A stretch of DNA of 17,868 bases, from the NCBI GenBank assembly GCA_034190465.1, contig JAXINV010000065.1, forward strand, positions 1 through 17,868, written 5' to 3'. This stretch comes from Candidatus Asbonarchaeum danakilense (GTDB lineage Archaea > Nanohalarchaeota > Nanosalinia > Nanosalinales > Nanoanaerosalinaceae). This document shows, in pieces, positions 6,930 to 14,321 of the stretch. Within the stretch, counting starts at the first letter, position 1; the number at the start of each line of letters is the position of its first letter. The notes beneath the pieces are model-generated. The model ran no database searches. It saw only the letters and a program-made list of their open reading frames with translations, and was not told the origin of the DNA. The position numbers and the translations under genes were made by a program.

Positions 6930-7883
6930 ATGAGCAATGGAGACGAACAGGCAGAAACACAGGACCAGCACATCCAGCGGCGCGAAACCACGTTCAAACG
7001 CGCCCTGAACGCAGACACGTTCTCCGGCCTAGCCAACGCTCTCTACGGCAACATCGTCGACCAGTACAGCAACCAGTTCTACGAGATCCGGAACGAACTC
7101 AACAAGGCCAACATCAACGTCCTGTTCCGGACCTACGTCTCCCAGATGATGCTCGCTTCCACATTAGCGTTCATCTCCACGTTCCTCGCCGTCACGGCCG
7201 TCACGCTCATCCTCAGTCTCGACATGCTGCTCACCGTGGTCCTCATAATCACCACCCCGACCATCGTCAGTATCTTCGTCTTCGTCGGCATGTGGTTCTA
7301 TCCGTCGCAACGTGCGGGCAGCAGAGCCACCGCGATCGATAACGACCTGCCCTTCGCCCTCAACCAGATGTCCGCCGTCGCATCGTCCGGCATCCCGCCG
7401 TCCTCCATGTTCAAGCTCCTCACCGACTTCGAAGAGTACGATGAGATCTCACAGGAGGCAGAAAAGATAATCAAAAAGATCGAGATCTTCGGCGAGGACA
7501 TCACCACGGCACTCCGAGAGGTCGCGCAGGAGAGCCCATCGGAGGACTTCAAAGAGATCCTGTACGGCATGCTCTCCACCATCGAGACAGGAGGCAACCT
7601 GGACGAGTTCCTTGAAGAACAGGCCGACTCCGCACTTTTCGACTACAAACTCCGGCGGGAGAAGCAGATTGAACGCCTTTCCACGTTCGCAAGCTTCTAC
7701 ACTGCCCTACTCGTCGCAGCCCCGCTCTTCCTCATCGCCGTGCTCGCCGTCATGAACCTCATAGGCGGCGGGCTGTTCGGCTTCCGGATCTCCGAGCTCA
7801 TGAACCTCGGAGTCTACGTGATAATCCCTGCAATAAACACCCTCTTCATCATCGTCCTCCAGGTCACCCAGGGTGATATGTGA
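6930..7883 (+). CDS. Type II secretion F-domain pilus platform protein (TadC/PilC/FlaJ family)
   Basis: Two N-terminal TMs; IDNDLPFALNQMSAVASSG...FGEDITTALREVA..SPS..FKE.L.GM...IETGGNL; two C-terminal TMs. Confidence 0.92.
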   Translation: MSNGDEQAETQDQHIQRRETTFKRALNADTFSGLANALYGNIVDQYSNQFYEIRNELNKANINVLFRTYVSQMMLASTLAFISTFLAVTAVTLILSLDMLLTVVLIITTPTIVSIFVFVGMWFYPSQRAGSRATAIDNDLPFALNQMSAVASSGIPPSSMFKLLTDFEEYDEISQEAEKIIKKIEIFGEDITTALREVAQESPSEDFKEILYGMLSTIETGGNLDEFLEEQADSALFDYKLRREKQIERLSTFASFYTALLVAAPLFLIAVLAVMNLIGGGLFGFRISELMNLGVYVIIPAINTLFIIVLQVTQGDM

Positions 7884-9094
7884 TGGGGATCAGGACCACA
7901 ATCAGGAACTACCTCAGGAACCACAAACGGGAGGCGCTCATCGCCCTCGTCTCCGCCGTCATCGGCCTCAGCATCGTCGGGTTCAACCTTGTCAACTACC
8001 AGAACCAGACCACGATCTATACCGTCAGCGAACAGACTGCCAGTAGCGAGTTCATGATCATCCGCGGGGATAAACCGTTCCAGACCACCATCCCCATCCA
8101 GAACCCCTCACAGCTCTCACACATAGCGATCAAGTTCGTCTTCGACAAGGCCAACCCCAGCTCCTCGTTCACCGTCACGCTCAACGGCCAGGAACTGGAC
8201 TCGATCTCCGGGATGCGTGACGGCTCCGTCCAGCGGTTCACCCCTGATGTCGGGCGTTTCAGACGGGCGAACACCATAACCATCGAGGGCGAGTTCACCG
8301 TCGCGGCCGATGCCCGCATCCGCAGCCTCACCGTCACAGGGCACAGCACCGTGCAGCGTATCACCTTCCTCCTCATCAACCTGTTCGGTATCCTGATAAC
8401 ACTGGGTCCGATCCTGACGATCAAATACTACCAGTTCACCGTCCGGGCGGAGTACGAAGACCGGTTCCCCGACTTCCTTCGCGACATCGTCGAAGGCGTC
8501 CGTTCAGGCATGTCGCTGCCTCAGTCCATCCAGAACGCCTCCGGGAACGACTACGGCCGCCTCAGCAAGCACGTCAACGCCATGGCCGCCAAGCTCAAGT
8601 GGGGCATCCCCTTCGACAAGGTCCTCCGCGACTTCGCCGAGAAGACCGACTCCCAGATCATCAGGCGGGCGGTCAACACCATCATCCAGACCTACGAATC
8701 CGGCGGCAACGTCTCCGACGTGCTCGAGACCGTCGGCAAGAACATCAAACAGATCAAACAGCTCGAACGCGAGCGGGAATCCGAGCTCTACGGCGAGGTC
8801 ATCACCGGATACCTCGTCTACTTCATCTTCCTCGTCGTCCTCATCGCTCTCATCCGGTACCTCGTCCCCGCCCTCAGCTTCTCAGGCGACATCGGGCCAC
8901 TGAGCGGGAGCGGACAGAGCGCAAAGGCACTCATCAACCAGTACAGACCGGTCTTCCGGAACCTGGTCGTCATCCAGGCCATCTTCTCCGGACTGGTCAT
9001 CGGCAAACTCAGCGAAGGCGAGCTCCGTGCCGGGGCAAAACACGTCGCCGTCCTCCTCGCCTCCGGCTACACCGCCGCCGTCCTGTTCATGTGA
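7883..9094 (+). CDS. Second T2SSF pilus platform protein (TadB/C family) carrying an approx. 120-aa inserted extracytoplasmic domain
   Basis: EDRFPDFLRDIVEGVRSGMSLPQSI...DYG.L...KLKWGIPF...YESGGN, and C-terminal QAIFSGLVIGKLSEG...GAKH. TGATG coupling with the upstream gene. Confidence 0.92.
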   Translation: MGIRTTIRNYLRNHKREALIALVSAVIGLSIVGFNLVNYQNQTTIYTVSEQTASSEFMIIRGDKPFQTTIPIQNPSQLSHIAIKFVFDKANPSSSFTVTLNGQELDSISGMRDGSVQRFTPDVGRFRRANTITIEGEFTVAADARIRSLTVTGHSTVQRITFLLINLFGILITLGPILTIKYYQFTVRAEYEDRFPDFLRDIVEGVRSGMSLPQSIQNASGNDYGRLSKHVNAMAAKLKWGIPFDKVLRDFAEKTDSQIIRRAVNTIIQTYESGGNVSDVLETVGKNIKQIKQLERERESELYGEVITGYLVYFIFLVVLIALIRYLVPALSFSGDIGPLSGSGQSAKALINQYRPVFRNLVVIQAIFSGLVIGKLSEGELRAGAKHVAVLLASGYTAAVLFM

Positions 9095-9143
9095 TCACGG
9101 TGAAAGGACATACACACCGCAGGAGGCGCACCAACAGGCCGAC

Positions 9144-9160
9144 AAGGAAAAATTTATATA
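9144..9160 (+). promoter_or_regulatory. Strong BRE-TATA promoter upstream of the pilin gene
   Basis: AAGGAAAAA followed by TTTATATA, a near-consensus archaeal BRE plus TATA box. Confidence 0.65.
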
Positions 9161-9245
9161 GGGAGGCTGCTAAGATAACTTTCCAGACGCGTTGCCCCCT
9201 GTCTTTAAATCCACCGCGTCCACACTGTGAACTGGAGGAAAAGAC

Positions 9246-9701
9246 ATGAACAGAAAAGGTATCTCCCCCCTGATTGCAGCGGTTCTCCTCATCGCATTCA
9301 CCATGGCTGTCGCCGCGATCCTGACAGCATGGGTGACAACATTCACGAAACAGACCACCGGCCAGGTCGGTAACAAGTCCCAGCGCCTGGTGGCCTGCTC
9401 GTTCGCAGGGCTCTCCATCTACGATGCCGTCTACAACCAGGGGAACAACGCCGTCACCATCGCGGTCGCCAACACAGGGACCCGTGACCTGAGCGACGGC
9501 GTCAGCATCGTCGTCTCCCACAACAACGGGAGCGCTATCACCCACGTGATGAAGGGGCTGGACACTGGAAGCGTCCAGTCGGTCAGCCTCGACATGTGGG
9601 GCGGTGTGAGTTCCGCATCCCAGCTTTCAACGGTGCGGGCCGCTTCGATCGGCTGCCCATCGACCAAGGACCAGCAGTCAACGTTCACGACGGTCCAGTG
9701 A
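9246..9701 (+). CDS. Archaeal type IV pilin with class III signal peptide
   Basis: MNRKG/ISPLIAAVLLIAFTMAVAAILTAW fits the PibD/FlaK-type cleavage motif plus H-domain. It also has a Cys pair, NKS and NGS sequons, and SD GGAGG. Confidence 0.92.
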   Translation: MNRKGISPLIAAVLLIAFTMAVAAILTAWVTTFTKQTTGQVGNKSQRLVACSFAGLSIYDAVYNQGNNAVTIAVANTGTRDLSDGVSIVVSHNNGSAITHVMKGLDTGSVQSVSLDMWGGVSSASQLSTVRAASIGCPSTKDQQSTFTTVQ

Positions 9702-9725
9702 TCCGTGGCGGCGTGTAAGAGCGCC

Positions 9726-9750
9726 CCTCACCCTCTCTTTTTCCTCCCCC
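9726..9750 (+). terminator. Pyrimidine/T-tract archaeal terminator after the pilin gene
   Basis: CCCTCTCTTTTTCCTCCCCC starting about 30 nt downstream of the pilin stop. Confidence 0.5.
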
Positions 9751-9798
9751 GTGGCCGGCACTATACATTCTTAAAACTTGGAACCGAACCCTGACGCG

Positions 9799-11124
9799 AT
9801 GTATTCTGACAGCGCACAGCAGCTCCTCGACGAACACGGGGCCGAGACAGGCGACCGGCTCCGTATCCTCCATGACGGAGGCGAAGAACAGGGCACCCTG
9901 ATGCCGCGATCCGACCAGGGCAACACCGACGCCATCGTCATCAAGCTCGACAGCGGCTACAACCTCGGCATCGACACAGACCAGATCAACGACATCGAGG
10001 TCCTCGACAGCGGGGAGCAGCCCGAACCGGACCAGCCGACCGTCCCGGACCGCGACCCGGACAAACCCGACATCGCTGTCCTGCACACCGGCGGCACCAT
10101 CGCGTCACGGGTCAGTTACCGGGAGGGCGGGGTCAAGCCCGCGTTCGACCCCGAGGACCTGCTGCAGATGTACCCCGAGATCTTCGACGAGGCCAACATC
10201 GACAGCGATGTCATCGCACAGATGCTGTCCGAGGACATGGAACCCGCACACTGGCAGGAGATCGCAGCCGCGGTCGCGGAGCGACGCGAGGACGTCGACG
10301 GCATCATCATCGGACACGGCACCGACACCATGCAGTACACCGCCGCCGCGCTGTCATTCATGCTCGAAGGACTGGACATCCCCGTCGTCCTCGTCGGCGC
10401 ACAGCGGTCCAGCGACAGGCCAAGCAGCGACGCCGCCATGAACCTCATCTCCGCCGTCGAGTTCATCAAGGAAGACATCCCCGGCGTCTTCGTCTGCATG
10501 CATCAGCACTCCAGCGACGACACAGCCGCGGTCCACCGTGGAACCCGCGTCCGCAAGATGCATACCTCGCGGCGTGATGCCTTCCAGAGCATAGGAGCCA
10601 AGCCAGTCGCGACCGTGGACTACGACGAGCGGAGCGTCACACTGCACGACGAAATATCGGGGCCGGACGAGGCATTCTCCCTCCGGGACGAGCTCGACAC
10701 AGACGTCGGGCTGCTGAAAACCCATCCTGGCATGGACCCCGACCAGGTCCGGCGACACGAGGACAGGTCCGGCCTCATCATCGAGGGCACCGGCCTCGGT
10801 CACATGCCGGTCAACAGCTTCGACGACCATACACAGCACCACGACGACATCCTCGACGCGGTCGACGACCTGGCGGACGACAGTCTCGTCGCCATGGCCT
10901 CTCAGACTATCAGCGGCCGGGTCAACATGAACGTCTACGATGCCGGTGTCAAGATACGGAAGGCAGGTGTCGTCCCCGCCGCCAACATGCCACCGGAGAC
11001 CGCGCTCGTCAAACTCATGTGGAGCCTCGGACAGACCGGCGACCCGGACACTGCCCGCGACCTGTTCACGCAGAACGTCGCCGGCGAGATCCAGGACCGG
11101 GAAGAACACGACGACTACAGGTGA
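9799..11124 (+). CDS. gatD: Glu-tRNA(Gln) amidotransferase subunit D
   Basis: N-terminal IKLDSGYNLGI domain; asparaginase motifs HTGGTIASR, HGTDTM, GAQRSSDRPSSDA, RKMHTSRRDAF, GTGLGH, MPPETALVKLMW. ATG 9799 is about 28 nt after TTAAAA. Confidence 0.96.
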   Translation: MYSDSAQQLLDEHGAETGDRLRILHDGGEEQGTLMPRSDQGNTDAIVIKLDSGYNLGIDTDQINDIEVLDSGEQPEPDQPTVPDRDPDKPDIAVLHTGGTIASRVSYREGGVKPAFDPEDLLQMYPEIFDEANIDSDVIAQMLSEDMEPAHWQEIAAAVAERREDVDGIIIGHGTDTMQYTAAALSFMLEGLDIPVVLVGAQRSSDRPSSDAAMNLISAVEFIKEDIPGVFVCMHQHSSDDTAAVHRGTRVRKMHTSRRDAFQSIGAKPVATVDYDERSVTLHDEISGPDEAFSLRDELDTDVGLLKTHPGMDPDQVRRHEDRSGLIIEGTGLGHMPVNSFDDHTQHHDDILDAVDDLADDSLVAMASQTISGRVNMNVYDAGVKIRKAGVVPAANMPPETALVKLMWSLGQTGDPDTARDLFTQNVAGEIQDREEHDDYR

Positions 11125-11128
11125 TACC

Positions 11129-11665
11129 ATGGCAGAGATCTACGGCGTGACCGGCATGCCACTCTCAGGCAAGACCACCGTCGCCGAGATGCTGCAGGAC
11201 AAGGGCTTCAGCGTCCTCGACATGGGCGACGTCGTCAGGCAGGAGATGGAGAAACGCGGCATCGAGGCCGGCAACGAGGGCACGTTCGTCAACAGCCAGC
11301 GGGACAAGCACGGCATGGACGCCATCGCACGGCTCAGCGCCCCGTACCTCGACGACCTGCTGGAGGAGACCGAAAGGATCGTCATCACCGGCATGCGCGG
11401 CTGGTCGGAGAAGCTCCGGTTCGAGGAGGACACAGACGCCGAGCTCGACATCATCGCGCTCTGGTCGTCCCGGGACACGCGGCGGCAGCGCCGCGAGGAA
11501 CGGCAGCGTGAGGAGGACATCAAAGGCCAGGACTTCCACGCACGCGACCTCCGCGAGATCGAGAACGGTGTCGGCAAGCTGATGGCGCTCAGCGACCACA
11601 TGATCTGCAACGAAGGCATCGGCCTCGACGAACTCGAGGAACGCGTCGAACGGGTGATCGAATGA
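11129..11665 (+). CDS. P-loop kinase, UPF0200 / archaeal dephospho-CoA-kinase-like family
   Basis: GVTGMPLSGKTTVA, MGDVVR, GMDAIA, GMR, RD.REIENGVG. The true start is ATG 11129 after SD AGGTGA; the longer ORF from 10940 overlaps gatD. Confidence 0.85.
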   Translation: MAEIYGVTGMPLSGKTTVAEMLQDKGFSVLDMGDVVRQEMEKRGIEAGNEGTFVNSQRDKHGMDAIARLSAPYLDDLLEETERIVITGMRGWSEKLRFEEDTDAELDIIALWSSRDTRRQRREERQREEDIKGQDFHARDLREIENGVGKLMALSDHMICNEGIGLDELEERVERVIE

Positions 11666-13557
11666 TGGACTACGACGAACTCGGTTTCAAATGCGGCATC
11701 GAAATACACCAGCAGCTTGACACCGAAACCAAGCTCTTCTGCGCGTGTTCCACCGACATGGGCAACGACAAACCTGTCGCCAAGGTCCAGCGGTACCTCC
11801 GGCCCGTCGCCGGCGAATCAGGCAACGTCGACAGAGCGGCACAGTTCGAACAGCTGCGTGACAAATCCTTCGTCTACAACGTCTACCGCGACACCACCTG
11901 CCTCGTCGAACTGGACGAGGAGCCGCCGCACCCGATCAACCAGGAGGCGCTCGACACCGCACTGCAGGTCGCCAAGCTGACCGATTGCCAGATCCCCGAC
12001 GAGATCCACGTCATGCGGAAGACCGTCATCGACGGCTCCAACACGTCCGGCTTCCAGCGTACAGCGATCATCGGGCTGGACGGCGAGCTGGAGACCGAGG
12101 AGGGCACCGTCGCGATCGACGACATGGAACTCGAAGAGGAGTCTGCCGGCATCCATACACGCAAGAAACAGCAGGCCGTCTACGACCTGGACCGGCTCGG
12201 CATCCCGCTGATCGAGATCGGGACCGACGCCTCCATCCAGAACCCGAAGCACGCCAAGGAGGTCGCGATGAAGATCGGCATGCTGCTCCGTTCCACCGGC
12301 AACGTCAAGCGCGGCCTCGGCACCATCCGCCAGGACGTCAACGTGTCGATCGCCGAGGGAGCCCGGGTCGAGATCAAGGGCTTCCAGGACGTCAAGAACA
12401 TGGACCAACTGGTCAGAAACGAGGTCGAACGGCAGCAGGAACTGCTCGCGATCAAAGACGAGCTCGAGGAACGCGGGATCGACGACGTCGACGCACAGGT
12501 CCACGAGGCAACGAACCTGTTCGCTGACAGCGACAACCAGATCATCGGCAGGATCATCGAGAGCGACGGCGGCGTCTACGCCACCAAGATCCCGTTCGAA
12601 GGCCTGATGAACCGGGAGCTCTGCGGCGGCAAGACGCTCGGCAAGGAGTTCGCCGACTACGCCAAAGCCCACGGCCTCAACGGCATCATGCACACCGACG
12701 AGGACCTTTCCAAGTACGGCCTTGAGGACGAGTTCGACCGGCTGGCAGACGAACTGGACAAGGAGGACGGCGAGGTCGTCGTCATCGCCGCCGGCCGGGA
12801 CGAGAAGGCGGAGAACGCACTGCAGGCCGTCGTCGACCGTGCAGCCCAGTGCCTCGAAGGCGTCCCGGAGGAGACGCGGAACGCCGAGCAGGACTTCACC
12901 ACCAGCTACGCGCGGCCGCTCCCCGGATCGGCGCGGATGTACCCCGAGACCGACATCCCGCCGTTCGAGGTCGGCGACGACTACCTCAAGGAGATAGCGG
13001 TCCCGGAGACGCTGGACCAGAAGATCGAACGGCTTGCTGACGATGTTGGCGACCAGATGGCAGAACAGCTCGTCGAATCGCCGCACTTCGAGACGTTCGA
13101 GGACATCAAGGACAGCTTCTCCCTGGAACTGAAGGACGTCGCGAACTTCTTCACCAACATCCTCAAGGACGTCCAGTCACGCCACGACGTCGACACCGAC
13201 AGGCTCAGCAACGACCAGATCCAGGAGATGCTGCGGCTGCTGGACGAGGGCGAGATCAACAAGGACGCGCTGTCCACCATCGCGAAGGAGCTGGCCCAGG
13301 ATCCCGACAAGACACCGCAGCAGGTCGTCGACGAGGAAGGGCTGGGCTCGATGGGCGAGGACGAGGTCCGTGCGATCGTCCAGGACGTGCTCGAGGAACA
13401 GGAGGACATGATCGAGGAACAGGGCGAACATGCCCGTGGCGCGTTGATGGGCGAGGTCATGCAGGAGGCCAAGGGCAAGGCCGACGGCTCGCTGGTCAAC
13501 CGCGTACTGTCAGAGGAGCTCCAGAAGAAGCTGGACGAGCTGGGAATCTCGGGCTGA
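11662..13557 (+). CDS. gatE: Glu-tRNA(Gln) amidotransferase subunit E
   Basis: GFKCGIEIHQQL..KLFC, DEEPPH, MRKTVIDGSNTSGFQRT, LDRLGIPLIEIGT, RGLGTIRQDVNVSI, RPLPGSARMYPETD, and a C-terminal Yqey-like LMGEVM. Confidence 0.97.
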   Translation: MMDYDELGFKCGIEIHQQLDTETKLFCACSTDMGNDKPVAKVQRYLRPVAGESGNVDRAAQFEQLRDKSFVYNVYRDTTCLVELDEEPPHPINQEALDTALQVAKLTDCQIPDEIHVMRKTVIDGSNTSGFQRTAIIGLDGELETEEGTVAIDDMELEEESAGIHTRKKQQAVYDLDRLGIPLIEIGTDASIQNPKHAKEVAMKIGMLLRSTGNVKRGLGTIRQDVNVSIAEGARVEIKGFQDVKNMDQLVRNEVERQQELLAIKDELEERGIDDVDAQVHEATNLFADSDNQIIGRIIESDGGVYATKIPFEGLMNRELCGGKTLGKEFADYAKAHGLNGIMHTDEDLSKYGLEDEFDRLADELDKEDGEVVVIAAGRDEKAENALQAVVDRAAQCLEGVPEETRNAEQDFTTSYARPLPGSARMYPETDIPPFEVGDDYLKEIAVPETLDQKIERLADDVGDQMAEQLVESPHFETFEDIKDSFSLELKDVANFFTNILKDVQSRHDVDTDRLSNDQIQEMLRLLDEGEINKDALSTIAKELAQDPDKTPQQVVDEEGLGSMGEDEVRAIVQDVLEEQEDMIEEQGEHARGALMGEVMQEAKGKADGSLVNRVLSEELQKKLDELGISG

Positions 13558-13582
13558 TCGCCTTTTTACTACACCTCACTCC

Positions 13583-13638
13583 TTATATAAAGGTTTATAA
13601 AAGTTGTTTAAAAAGGGTGTGCAGTGGTTTAAAAGGGG
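13583..13638 (+). promoter_or_regulatory. tbp promoter region with four tandem TATA-like boxes
   Basis: TTATATAAAG (13583), TTTATAAAAG (13594), TTTAAAAAG (13607), TTTAAAAG (13628). They follow a T-tract at 13563 that may terminate gatE; SD AAGGTG is at 13664. Confidence 0.6.
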
Positions 13639-13676
13639 CTCGTCAGTGAGCACCCGTACAGCCAAGGTGTTACCGG

Positions 13677-14228
13677 ATGGAGGAAATCAAAATCGAAAAC
13701 GTGGTCGCTTCTACGGACTTTAAGAGGAGGATGCCTCTTGACAAAATCGCCGTCTATCTCGAAAACACAGAATACGAGCCAGAACAGTTCCCAGGACTCG
13801 TCTACCGGCTCCAGGAGCCGAAAGCCGCAGCCCTCATCTTCGGTTCAGGTAAGGTCGTCTGCACAGGAACGACCAGCCCCGAAGAAGCCAAGACAGCAGT
13901 GAACAAGATAATCGAGGAGCTGAAGGAGTCCGACGTCGTGGTCGAGGAGGAGCCGGATATCACCGTCCAGAACATGGTCGCGTCCAGCCACCTCAACCAG
14001 AAGCTCAACCTGAACAGGATCGCGTTCGAGCTGGTCGGCACCGAGTACGAGCCCGCACAGTTCCCCGGACTCGTCTACCGGCTTGACGACCCGAAGGTCG
14101 CGTTCCTGCTGTTCTCCTCGGGCAAGATCGTCTGTACAGGAGGCAACAGGTACGAGGACGTCGAAGAAGGGATCGACCGGCTCAAAGACAAGCTCGTCGA
14201 GATCGGCGCGCTCGATCCGGAGGAGTAA
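13677..14228 (+). CDS. tbp: TATA-box binding protein
   Basis: Two direct repeats: IENVVAS...EYEPEQFPGLVYRL...LIFGSGKVVCTG and VQNMVAS...EYEPAQFPGLVYRL...LLFSSGKIVCTG. Confidence 0.98.
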   Translation: MEEIKIENVVASTDFKRRMPLDKIAVYLENTEYEPEQFPGLVYRLQEPKAAALIFGSGKVVCTGTTSPEEAKTAVNKIIEELKESDVVVEEEPDITVQNMVASSHLNQKLNLNRIAFELVGTEYEPAQFPGLVYRLDDPKVAFLLFSSGKIVCTGGNRYEDVEEGIDRLKDKLVEIGALDPEE

Positions 14229-14229
14229 G

Positions 14230-14259
14230 CTCCCTCCGTTTCCCTCTTTCCTTTTTCTC
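14230..14259 (+). terminator. Pyrimidine-rich terminator after tbp
   Basis: CTCCCTCCGTTTCCCTCTTTCCTTTTTCTC immediately after the stop codon. Confidence 0.55.
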
Positions 14260-14321
14260 GTGAACAGCACGAACTCATATAAGATTGGGAGGAGCAGTTC
14301 ACCCTGTCCGTAAGGGGGTCA

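Noticed and set aside
2237..9701. Archaellum (fla/arl) operon
   Set aside because: No FlaF/G or FlaC/D/E-like genes, two separate single-domain TadC-like genes, and a short pilin-type subunit fit an adhesive type IV pilus better.
11818..13086. Long antisense or alternate-frame ORFs (e.g. 11818..13086, 751..1695, 10354..11130, 17531..17860)
   Set aside because: Shadows of well-supported genes in GC-rich, codon-biased DNA, with no recognisable motifs.
13558..13676. Replication origin (AT-rich unwinding element near mcm)
   Set aside because: Only about 120 bp, no recognisable ORB repeats and no cdc6/orc1 gene. A terminator plus tbp promoter explains it.
13767..14134. Direct DNA repeats within tbp
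   Set aside because: They reflect the normal two-repeat architecture of TBP.
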